From assembly GCA_049999805.1 (NCBI GenBank), contig JBNGIO010006131.1, forward strand, positions 71,684-116,883: a stretch of 45,200 bases of DNA, in the 5' to 3' direction. This stretch comes from Folioceros fuciformis (taxonomy: Eukaryota). The position numbers and the translations under genes are program-made. How positions within the stretch are numbered: the stretch's first letter is position 1; every line of letters starts with the position of its first letter. Of the stretch, positions 34,560-45,200 are shown piece after piece. The notes under the pieces are model-generated. The model had not been told where the DNA came from. It saw only the letters and a program-made list of their open reading frames with translations, and did not search any database.

Positions 34560-36090
34560 GGAGGAGAATTGGCAACATACCTTGCAATCGGATCTCTTTT
34601 AATGGCCAAAGCGGCCATGTGGCCAATAGGGGAGCTCTTGGTTCTTTTTTAACTTTCTAACGGCGGAAATTTATCACTAGTTGGTTCGCTTGCAGAAAGT
34701 TAGGCAGCGCCTGTCAATGGCCCCTAGGTGAAAGATATCAATACGGCGCCAAAAGGCAACACTCCATCTCCTCTAGTCGGCTGCCAAAATTCCTCCCCAG
34801 GTCAGAGTTATGGTTTGGTGCGAGCAACTTGNNNNNNNNNNNNNNNNNNNNNNNNNNNNNNNNNNNNNNNNNNNNNNNNNNNNNNNNNNNNNNNNNNNNN
34901 NNNNNNNNNNNNNNNNNNNNNNNNNNNNNNNGGGGGGTGCGGTTGGAGCCCCACCGAGAGAGAGGGCTACAGAGGGGCCGCAAGGGCGGGGGCTGCAAGG
35001 CCCTGCAAGCGCCCCACAACTCCTCTTCTTTGTTGAGAGCGGCCTTAGACCTACATCTAGATTGGGTTACCTTGTAGGTTGATGTGGAGAACACCTTCAA
35101 CACCATCTCTAGGATGGCTATTTTCAACAAGCTGAAGGTTACTAGCATTGTTTGGAGTTTCTTATCCTCTTTGTTTGTTCCTTCTGTGGTGCCCTGTCTA
35201 ATCTCTACTTTCAACACGGGCCCACGGCGAAGGAGGTCTTAGTGCTCGACTCGACGATAGGTACTTGCATGGGGATCCCTTGGGAGGGACTCTGTTTGTT
35301 ATGACTCACTTCAAAGCACTTTCAATTACCGCTTCTACGGTAGAGGATTGTCTCTCCCCATTTGTGGCAGATGACATCCATCTCTTTAGTCTAGGGGATA
35401 AGGTTAGGGAGGACTTTGAGCATTTCTCAAAAGAGCTCTTACAGTTGGGCCTAAATGTCAAGATTTCCAAGTGTAAGATTTGGTCTTTATCTAGTATCAC
35501 TCCATCTCTACAATTTTTGTAGGGGAACATTGATACTTCATTGGGGATCCGCATCCTAGGGGTCCCTGTTGAGCCCCCCCGACTTCATCTGCAAATTTGT
35601 GGATGCAACTTTGACAGAGGATTTGGCGCACATTGAGGACCTTCATCAGCTTGGGGACCCACAAGTGGCCTACGATATCCTCTCCACGCGCTTTGCGCGA
35701 CGCCTCAGGTACCTCATCCACATCGTGCCTCCATCCCCACATTTTTTTTCCAAATTAAGGGACTTCGATAAGCAAGTATTGAAAAAATTAGGGGACATTG
35801 TTGGCCCAAGTTCATTCGACTATACTGCAAGTGATCTAGCTAGCAGACAAGCACCCCTACCCATTCCTTCAGGCGGCATTGAGCTACTGAGCATGGAGGC
35901 CTCTACCCTAGGTGCTTTTGTTGGTTGTTGGGGGCTCTTTGCCCTAGCTTTGCTGACTCGCTTCTCCATCAAAAACTCGGGTGTTTTGGAGGGGTTTATC
36001 ACTGTGGTTGAGGAGGGGCAATTCCCCCTCCAGAAGTCCCTTAGGAGGGCCCATGATCTCTTATCCTCATGGGTCACGCAGGTTGTCCTT
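34560..36090 (+). mobile_element. Degenerate RLE-type (CRE-like) non-LTR retrotransposon, RT region
   Basis: WPIGEL (RPIxxGE), ALDLHLDWVTL*VDVENTFNTISR (DxxNAFNxxxR), GDPLGGTLF (QGDPL), FVADDIHL (YxDD), LGLNVKISKCKIWS, LPIPSGGIEL. Several stops/frameshifts, and interrupted by a gap. Confidence 0.82.
34832..34931. other. Assembly gap (100 N)
   Basis: Run of N. Confidence 1.
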
Positions 36091-36115
36091 AAACATTTGT
36101 TAGTTATACATATGA

Positions 36116-36900
36116 CTAGTTATATTGGCTAAAACCTATGATCCCCCTTGTGAAAGAAAGGTCGGCTCTAAGTGAAACCCTATTGCACAAAGTATATGGA
36201 CGCTCCCTATACGGAAGAAACCCACACTCCCTAGCCATTGAGAACATGACATCTCGAATTGCATCATGGGTAGCAATGCGGTGCTCCCTAACGGGGCAAC
36301 GTGCCAGATGGGACCCTATATCGACAATGACAACCCCACAACTACATATAGAGAGAGAAAAAGTCAAGGGGTGGGCCAAACCTAAGCGAAATCTCATTGC
36401 AGTGGCGAGAGTTGCTAGTGCGATTTGAAACGCTTGGATAAAGGTCGAGCCAAAAGCCAAGAGCCAACTCTTTTACCGGAACAAGAGTGAATACGAACTC
36501 GAGAAGACCTAGGGATGGATGAGTCCAAAATAAGGGCTCTTAATGCCTGGCCATATTGCTTTTCTAGGAGGGAGGCTTGGCTACCCCTCAACCCTTTCAT
36601 AGAAAAGGAGGTGAAAAGAGGTAAAGCCTTAAGAGCCTCCAAAGGTAAAGAATCCCTCACTTGCCCAAGAGATACATGTAAAGGGTAAATGCCCTCCTCA
36701 GCGCTTGAGATAAAACCTTCAAAAAGAGGGAATCTTGAAGCAAAAAACGAGAGGCCAAAATTAGAGTCGAGAGCGCTCAGCTGCTGAGAAAGGTATCTAG
36801 GGCAGAGGCCTCCATGACAAAAGGCCAACTCCTCCAAAGGTGTGGGCAAGCAAGTATGGTACCCCTACCAGATACCCACTCACATGTAACGTGACCACAT
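36116..36900 (-). mobile_element. Second RLE-type (CRE-like) non-LTR fragment, inverted: post-RT region, zinc knuckle and start of the restriction-like endonuclease
   Basis: FGGVGLLS, RIHSCSGKRVGSWLLARP, AMRFRLGLAHP, CSCG...GSHLARC...RIATHDAIRD...ARECG...RE...RADL. Confidence 0.82.
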
Positions 36901-39709
36901 CAATCCCACGGTCATTGTATGCTTCCTCGGAATCGCTCCCGTTTGAGCCTGGTAAGCTACGTCTATCATTCCCTACAATACTCAACACTCCCAATCACAT
37001 ACCTACCAATCATGCAACACGTCCAGATAGTGGAAGGGCACCATTTCTTCATTTAGAAGGACCCCAGTACTCCTCTCTATCGATTTCTACGTCCTTACAC
37101 TCAATACCCTTTCCTCACAAGGCTCCCTACGACACCTTTCTCAACCCAACAATCTAGCTGTTCGTCTCCCTACGTCCAACAACCAACAAGTTTTTCCTTA
37201 GGCTAGTTGTTGCGTGCTTGCGCCTGTTAGCAAGAACTTCCAGGGAGTCTTTCCCTAGAGTCTACCCTCAAGCCAACAGTCACACAGGTATTGCCAAACA
37301 CCTACAACACAACAACCATTCACAAGGGAAGCAACTTACAGGGGTGCTTATGGAAGAATATGAGCCCTCCGCCAAGCACTTCGACCACTGCAACTCTAGC
37401 TACAACCAAGCGCTGTGATGGCACACAGCCGACAATGAGATTCCTACGCTTTGCTGAGCATGAGGACTTGCCATGAGAAGAGTGCAGAATGTGGTGGTTC
37501 ATTTCTTTGTCCAGCCCCTCCTTGTAGGATAGATCGACATATGAACCCTCTCGTACATGTAGGTGTGGGCTACCCTTCTCTCACACTAGACGCCAACAAC
37601 TTTAACTAGGCACACCTACCAAGAGGCTAAGACCTACCAATAATTGCCAAGGCAGCGTGCCTTTGAAAATTGGGACAGTCTACGCTGCTGTAGAAGATTC
37701 TTAAACCCCTCCCTCCAAAAGGAAGTGGCTGTGACTGCTCTTAAAGGGAGGTTGACTCAGCAAGCTAAGCTATTGGGCCCCCCTCCATTATTGGGATCCA
37801 TCTTCTCTTGGATCCGCAAGCTTCCACTGTACCTTGCTCTGTGTGAATCTCTAAGGACATTCCTTCATTAGCCGCCTACAAGTTTAGTAGGGAAGGGATC
37901 CTCTTGTTCTTCAACTTGAGGCTCCTTTCCTATGTAGGATGAGAATGTCCCCTTCATAGGTTGGCTCCCTTATGCTCTCCTCGTAGGTAGGTTCCCTACC
38001 AATCCCACCCATTGGCTGCAAATAGCCAACATTTCCCAATTGAAACCCCAGGTGACCAACTCCTCCAAGGCATTCAGTCCCTGGATTTCACTCTAAATTG
38101 AACAAAAATTATACCAATGGATTTGTTTCAATGAGGCAAACAATCTGATATGTGAATTGAAAGCAACCGACATCTGTAAATGACACTATGAACTCTGGAA
38201 GGCGGGGATTGCTTGCTGCGGTTGAAATGCTGCTACTGTTGCTAGCACGATTAGGGCGTGTGGGTAATGCTGCCTTGCTGTAGTTGCATGCCGCCTCCAC
38301 CCAGCTCATTCACTCCCGCATCTTGCGTGCCATATCCCAGATTGAAATAGCTGTTGAAGTGAAGAGATTGCAACAAAAACTTGCAGCAATCTAGGTTTGA
38401 AAGGAGTTGCGTGACACACGCAACTTGGTGAGTCAGTAAGTTACGCCATGAACTATAACAGTGGAATCAAAGGCACTGAAAACGTTCTTCATCCTAGCTC
38501 CCAATTCCAGAGAACACAAAAACATGGTTTGAGCTGCCTTCTCCAAGTTATAGCGTTCCGCGGTGCAACTTCAACAACTATGGACTTTTGCTTTGGCTGC
38601 CCCTTTTGCCTAGTGCCAACCATCATCTTCACAATCCAGCGTCCAGCTGAGTTGGCTTCACACCCTTGCATCAGCGTTGCTCCTTCCATGATGCGTTGCT
38701 AGTGTACCCTAAGTTCTGTTGTCTTCCCACGTTTGGCAGCAAGGTTGCACCAACAACAAGTTGGGAAATACCCAACATGTGTTCTGACTTAACTTGCCTA
38801 AAAACATCTAGCTATTTCTAACCTAGTTTGCGAAATATCTAGCAAGACGGGCATACTTTCATCCCCCTTGCTCGTGAGACTCATGAGGCTATGGGCAAGG
38901 ACTTTTCAAGGTTCATCAAGGAGGGCGCCAAGGTGTATCACAGTCATAGGAATGGTGTTCTCCATTTCCTTTGTGGTGGCCTTCTTTGACAACGCGTATC
39001 CATTGCTTTGCAAAGAACATTGACCAATGTGGTTTTTACAACAACAACAAAGTGCAGGTCAAGCGGCTTCTTTGACAATAGTGGTAAGTAGGCCTTTTGT
39101 TATTCCACATCATGACATTTTGGGAGCAATAGGTAGTCTTTGAGAGTGATGTTTGAAGGGACTAGTAGCCTTTGGTCTTGCTCGGGTTGTTCCTCCAATC
39201 TTTGGAGAAGATGAGACTTTTCATCTCTTTTTCAATAACAGAAAATACACTAAACTTTGAAATGCATACCCACTCACTAATAATAAAATAAGTCATAGAG
39301 ATTCCCCGAGCAAAAGTGGATTGAATCTAACAACCACTAAACTTTGAAGAGGTGTACAAAGATAATTAGATAGGTAAATAAGTATGCTAGAATTGGATCT
39401 CCCGAACATGTAAACTCTAAAGGCCTCCAGTACAAGGAAGGGGTTTATTAAGAAGCAAAGACCTCGAGGCCTATCAACATGGTTGGCCTCCTTGGCCTCA
39501 AATGTTGTTGCAATCAATTATGGTAGAAGAGGCCGTATGTAAGAGGAAATGAGGCCCTAGCCCCAATTGAAAGAATAGCTTTTTAGAGAATTAACAATGT
39601 CTTTCATTGATTTCGAGAGAGAAATTTTAATGGTTGCAATCATTATATACATTATGTGAATACTCAGGATCAGCATAGATGAATATATCTAGAGCTTTCA
39701 CTTCATGAT

Positions 39710-39966
39710 TGAGAAAATATATGAAATTTAGAAGAGCCTTTGTTGCACTAGTTGGACCTTTGTTGAACTGATTCATGAGAAAATACATGAAATTTNNNNN
39801 NNNNNTAGTTGGACCTTTGTTGAACTGATTCATGAGAAAATACATGAAATTTAGAAGAGCCTTTGTTGCATTAGTTGGACCTTTGTTGAACTGATTCATG
39901 AGAAAATACATGAAATTTAGAAGAGCCTTTGTTGCACTAATTGGACCTTTGTTGAACTGATTCATG
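39710..39966. repeat. 66-bp tandem minisatellite, about 4 copies, spanning a 10-N gap (39796-39805)
   Basis: ATGAAATTTAGAAGAGCCTTTGTTGCACTAGTTGGACCTTTGTTGAACTGATTCATGAGAAAATAC repeated; the gap makes copy number uncertain. Confidence 0.93.
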
Positions 39967-40378
39967 CTAATTCATGAAAAATAGTATGAATTTGTGTGCA
40001 CCAATCTCTTGGGAAATTTTCGAAAAGCTTATTATTGTATGTTATTTATATAAATATTTTCTTTTTATGTTTCAAAAATAAGGTTTTTTTATGAGCATCA
40101 GCACCACACCCGCAAAAAAACCGGTTATGATTACTTCGTTATGGAGTAATATATCTAACTGAATATTCATGATTATTTCTTGTCTAGATATAAAAGTAAT
40201 AAACATGAATCATGTAGACATACAGCCAGCAACTTTTCGTTCGCGAGACGTCTCGCAGACTAGCTCGTAGCGGGCTCACAGTGTTCCTTATCCTGAAGGT
40301 AGGGCGCAAGCGAAGGAGGACAAAACCCACAGCAAGGCTTATAGCGTGGCGTACGAATGTGCGTGTAGTGAGCAAGTC

Positions 40379-41428
40379 ATGGCCTCCGCTCGCTTGCACC
40401 AGGTGAGGAGTGGCTGGCAGCTCACCGTCGTCTCCAGCGGCAGTTCCAGGTCTGACGTTGTCGCCTGCCGTGTAGGTTGCAAGCTCGTCGGTGGTGGCAT
40501 GCAAGTCGGATGTGGTTCGCTCGGCTAGTCCGTTGTCCAGTGTGGTTAGGTTGAAACCATGGTGGCAGATGGCGTGTCAGCCGCTCACGACGGCAGTGGC
40601 ATTGCCAGGGCTGGTGAGCAATAGGAGACGAAACAGTGTGTTTTGTCAAGCGGTTTCCACAACGCCGGAGACGGAGACTGAGGCCGAGACCGATGCTGAG
40701 TCCACGCCGGCGCCATTGGAGGTGGCTGAGGCCAGTGAGGGGCAGCACCGCAGCAGGAGACCGCAACTGAAGAACCTCATGGAGGTGAGTCGGTTGCTTA
40801 TGGTGCTGGAGTCCTGGATTTTTTTTCGTTCTTGCGATCCTCAGATGTTCAGTGGATGGAGTGAACGTTGTGTTAATTGGACCTGCTTTCTTCGCAGACC
40901 TTGAACAGAGAGGCAGTGGAAGCGGCATCGATAGATAAAAATATTCCAGACATCAGGCCCGGAGATGTTGTGCAGCTGAGAGTTGTGAGCACAGATTCCA
41001 GAACCTGCTGTCTCACAGTTTGTCGGTGGCTCCAGAATGTCTTACCACTGCCTTCGTTCTGCAGGAGGTTACCGAGAACAAGAAACGGATTTCTCTCCTT
41101 CGGGGCATCGTTATTTCCAAGCATAATGCAGGGATCAACACCACTTTTCGAATTCGACGGATCCTTGCTGGTGTTGGAGTGGAGATTGTGTTTCCCTTGT
41201 AAGTGAACTCCGGCTTGTGATCCTTTTTGCGGTTCAGACTCATATCCTGAGTCACTAGTTGGTGGCATCCGTGTTCTCTGGTTTGCTTGACTTGCTTGGA
41301 ATCTTGGAATCTCTCGCTGCAGGTATTCCCCAAATATTAAAGAAATCAAGGTTGTTGACCATAGGAAAGTTCGGAGGGCAAAGTTGTACTATCTGAGGGA
41401 CAAGATTGCTAGGCTATCAACCTGTTGA
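40379..41428 (+). CDS. RPL19: Plastid 50S ribosomal protein L19, 5 exons, 219 aa
   Basis: Exons 40379-40402, 40476-40784, 40898-40984, 41065-41198, 41323-41428. Transit peptide, then [14 protein letters not shown]...[33 protein letters not shown]...[13 protein letters not shown]. Confidence 0.96.
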
Positions 41429-42340
41429 GTCCTACTCTATGTCAGACCGTGGGCGGTGTTCGTGTGTTGTCGGATTCTGCAAATTTGAGAATATGTTGGA
41501 GACGTCAAGCACGCACCCGAATCCGATTTGATGAAAAATTTCCGTCAGCGCGTGCTGCTTTCATTGCGGGTGGAGACGAGTCCTCCCTTGCCCGGCACGG
41601 CCCTCTCAAAGAGGCTTTAGGTGCATCAAGTAGCATAGGGTCCGGAGTAGTAGAATTTTTTTGCTGTACGCGTGGCAGGACATGAGGCAGGGGAGAATCA
41701 ACATTTCTTGCCCCCTAGTTAAATCTTCAGTTCCCCTTACTGACGGTTGCGTCAGTAAGAACGAGATAACTTAAATCAAAGAATTATTCAAGACCGATTA
41801 ACTAACTAGTCTAGTCAGGTAGGTGAACTTTGGTCAAGGTGCTACTTAGGGGTGGTGGTGGGTGGGTCGGAAGGAGCTATTGTACTCACAAAGTAATGAG
41901 GCACATAACAACTTGCCACGCCCGTTTGGACGCCCTCTCCCTTACACGCCGTCCCCATGTTGTGCCAGGGTACACTTATGCCAAGGGGATTAGTTTTGTT
42001 TCAAAACATCAAAGACCCTTACTATCCATTTTAGTGCTTGGGTGTTGCTTGCGCCCACCTCCAGTAGACGAATTCAAGGGGCCAGGATTGAGACAGAAAG
42101 TAGGTTTCGTGCACAATGGCACTGTGATCCAATATGTAGCACCTGCACAATGGTAGTGTATGGTTGTGCATTCACGCAGCCTTTCCATGTTTTCACACAG
42201 CCTTAACCCTATGGGGAGAAAGCTTGCTCCCGTCAAATTTTTGGCTGATGTTTGGTGTCTGGTTTCATAGCTCATGTGAAGGCGAATCTTTCAGGGTTTG
42301 ACTCGCTGAAAACGGCCATCAAACTCCCCGACAATGGGTG

Positions 42341-42830
42341 GAAAACGAATGCATAACAACGAGACTGCATTAGAATGTTTCTTCAAGATCGATTCATGCA
42401 TGATCTGCAGAATGACCCGGTCAATATGTGGAATCGAAGCCCTTTGCATGGGCTACAAAATGATATGTCTGTACGTTGGTTTGGCATCCAAATGCTTGCG
42501 GTATCATTGAAAAACGGATGCATGAGAACAAGATTGCAGCATAACTTTTTTACCAGATCACTTCATGCACAACTTGCAGAATGCCTTGGCCAATATTTTG
42601 AATCAAAGCCCTCTGCACGAGCTACAGAATGATATGTCAGTACTTTAGCTTGGCATCCAAATGCTTGCAATATCATCGAAAAATGAATGCACAAGAACAA
42701 GAATGTAGTAGGAGGTTTTTGCTGATTTTTGCATGCACAGTTCATGTATTTCTGTGCCCAGTGTCTTGAATTGAAGATCTATGCAGCGATTACAGAATGA
42801 TATGTCTGTATTGTGTTTTGGACCCCAAAC
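42341..42830. repeat. Degenerate ~169-bp tandem array (about 3 units) inside the MULE
   Basis: A motif AATCRAAGCCCT..GCA..GCTACARAATGATATGTC..TTGGCATCCAAA recurs at 42432, 42601 and (more diverged) 42769, with a partial unit from 42341. Confidence 0.85.
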
Positions 42831-42937
42831 AACGGAGTTCTGATTCTAAGATGGATTCCGACAATCGCGTGTGCAAGTGATTGAGCAAAGACAAAAAATG
42901 TGGCCAGCCTTTGCACAATCGGCAAGGATTGGCATTT

Positions 42938-44552
42938 CTACTTAATTGATTCACTAAAGGCAGCCTTCCCTGCAACTTGTTTAGCAAATGTAGGGCGCTT
43001 TGCCTTTGGAGGCAGTTTCCATGATAGACGATATTCCCAGAATGGTTTCTTCCTCTTCAAGTTGTTGTCAGACGCTTCGCCTATTGGCAAGAGGTATGGA
43101 ATCTGTATTAGACTATTCTCCTCATCTTCTGCAGCCACACCCTCTAACTGCCGGAACACACCTTATATCAATGCAACTGCATGGGCCTCAATGCCAGGTT
43201 TCCTCTACACTAAACTTGATATGTTTTCCCAAACAGTTGCTAAGTTCATTTGGCGAGGGACAGGAGCTGTCGTAATCACGTTTGTTCCAGCATCTAAAGC
43301 TTGTGACAAAGGACGATGCACAATTGTTAGCTCGCTTCAAACACTACCACAAAGTTCAGCCTCCCTAGCAAATAATAAAGGTACTTGTCTGTACAATTCT
43401 TGTGAAGTAGCCACCGATGCATATATACCCACAAGGGTTTCTGTGCACACTACTTCCTGCAAGAGCATCATGACCTTCACTTGATGCTTACAAAGAAGCC
43501 ATATAGATGAAATCTTGCATGTGTAGCTGCCCCAAGGAGAGCTGGCATTAAACACATGATAAGCCTTGTTCTTCTTTGTATTCTCACTCCTCACCATAGC
43601 ATATGGTTGCCCAATACAAGGTAGGGATACATCGGACTCTGGGATTTCCAATGCTTTGTTCAATGCACTTCTGACAACTAGTTCTTGCTTATTATTCCTA
43701 ATGATGTCTCTCCCCTTACATTGTCTTTGGTCTCCTCATAAAAGCTTGTTTGAAACCCTAAAGTAAAATGTGTGCCCTCCATCGAAACACCAGGTGGTAT
43801 GGAGTCTTTAAGTGCATTGCAAGTTGCCTATGTCCTTAGGCAAGATAAAATCATCTCTATGTAAGATAGTGTTAGGATCCCCTTGCATCCTAACATAGAC
43901 ATCATTCTCATGATCACATAAAATCTGGTATGGAGTGGTTTTGCTCAAAAGTTTGTGCTTCACCCATTCTCTCTTGCTTGCTGATAAAGAAAGAGCAAGA
44001 GCACATGAAGGAGTTGCATCTGCTACTAACAATCCATGGCAAAAGTTATCAGAGGCATTCACGTGATGCCACTAATCAAAACGGATTTGAGCAATATCTT
44101 GAAACAACTCCAATTGAGTAATGACAACCACGAACTCACAACCTACTTTCCTGCTCTCCCCACAAGCCACCTTGCTCCTTCGACTTCCAAGTCCAGACTT
44201 TGTCCTATTAGTCATGTCCACCGAGGGTCCATCATTTGGAGACGGTTGCCAAATTTGGAACCATACGCACAACAATACCTTTTGTATTGTTTTGGTGTGG
44301 TTGGTGTAAGGGTGCCTTATACTTACCTGCCTCTGCCCTAGACCGCATACAACATTTCACAAGCCTAATTTGAAAATTTAGATTTTGCTCCTCACATGTC
44401 AAGAAGTCGTAAACCCTTTCCCATCGAATGTAAGCAGTCTTCACCTCCATTACAATTTTATGAACTACATGTATGGTGTCTAGCCATTCCAAGCCAAGTC
44501 TGTTGAAAATGCATGGCAGTGGGGTTAGGATATCATAAGGAAAACTTGCCAT
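42938..44552 (-). pseudogene. Decayed MULE/SWIM zinc-finger transposase-like gene (At1g60560/At4g13970-like), internally deleted
   Basis: Fragments AYIRWERVYDFL, YCCAYG, SRKVGCEFVV, FCHG, RDDFILPKDIGNL, HFTLGFQT, then directly KALEIPESDV and the SWIM remnant SYTC...LCKHQVKV. Stops and frameshifts present. Confidence 0.75.
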
Positions 44553-45200
44553 CTACAGAGGTAGCATAACACATGACGTCAAAATGGTTAACGGGCCTGA
44601 GATTAGGCTAATTCAATGATGTGTGCGAAGCAATCACAACTCCTCTTGTAAATCAACCAGAGGAACTGAAAACTTATATTTTACTGACAAAATGATCTAC
44701 AAGCCCCACACACCTAATCAATCCATTGCAGCACTTCCCGTACGCACACGCCTCCCGCACCTACAAGGACCATTATACTTCTTCCCATAGCGTGATCAGC
44801 AATGCACATTGCTAACTTGGAGTGACACACTCTAGTAATTGAGTAGGGAAGGTTCAAAGGCTTTCATTAACATGTGTTTTGAAACCAAAGCGTTTTGCCT
44901 ACCCATTTTCATTTTCCTGGAATAACTATGCCCTGGCACAACTTAGGGACAGAGTTTGGCAGAGCGGGCTTCTAAACGGGCTCGACAACCTGTTGCCGTA
45001 TTCGGGATGGTGTGGACATGCGCAGTGGGTGCGAGTAGGCATGGCCCCATGACATATGGGATGCTGAAGGCAAAATCATTTGCGTTGGCCTTGAATTATG
45101 TGCCTCATTACTTTGCGTGTACCAATAGCCCTTGCTAGGTGGGTCACCGCTAGTCATACACCAATAATTTTATTATTTATGTGGTATTAAAATTTTATAC

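Larger units (their letters stand above)
41869..45136 (-). mobile_element. Non-autonomous Mutator-like (MULE) element with degenerate long TIRs and 9-bp TSD
   Basis: Left end 41869-41908 (GGAAGGAGCTATTGTACTCACAAAGTAATGAGGCACATAA) matches the reverse complement of 45096-45136 (AGCAAGGGCTATTGGTACACGCAAAGTAATGAGGCACATAA). An inner TIR segment, 41906-42008, matches rc of 44875-44995. Flanks GGGTGGGTC (41860-41868) and AGGTGGGTC (45137-45145) match 8/9. Confidence 0.8.

Noticed and set aside
34101-35217. ORFs spanning the N runs
   Set aside because: Artefacts of translating through assembly gaps.
36950-39600. Further TE or gene remnants
   Set aside because: Probably decayed repeats, but I could not identify any diagnostic motif.
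5758-41428. Functional cluster of plastid-targeted genes (TGD2, RPL27, DUF760, RPL19)
   Set aside because: They are interspersed with unrelated genes, and plastid-targeted genes are common enough for this to be chance.

Overview
Eukaryotic nuclear DNA from a compact land-plant genome: gene-dense, with GT-AG introns of about 60-215 nt and plastid-targeted nuclear genes. A non-seed plant such as a hornwort, other bryophyte or lycophyte is my inference, not proven. Genes reconstructed by hand: DUF7054-like, TCTP, an intronless TGD2, an isoflavone-reductase/PCBER-like reductase, a small zinc-ribbon protein, plastid RPL27, a DUF760/At3g17800-like protein, two intronless F-box genes, HRD1 and plastid RPL19. 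The standout is a ~7 kb, 4-exon gene (12137-19162, about 2250 aa). It joins a conserved N-terminal domain, a probable beta-propeller, a GBP/atlastin/VLIG-type P-loop GTPase, a ~450-aa Cys/His-rich repeat array and a C-terminal vWA domain with an intact MIDAS motif. It is a candidate uncharacterised immune-type giant GTPase. The right third is largely decayed transposable elements: a Copia remnant, two inverted RLE-type (CRE-like) non-LTR fragments, and a complete non-autonomous Mutator-like element (TIRs plus 9-bp TSD) carrying a SWIM remnant and a ~169-bp satellite-like array. There are also several minisatellites and three assembly gaps. All homology calls come from motif recognition; no database search was run.
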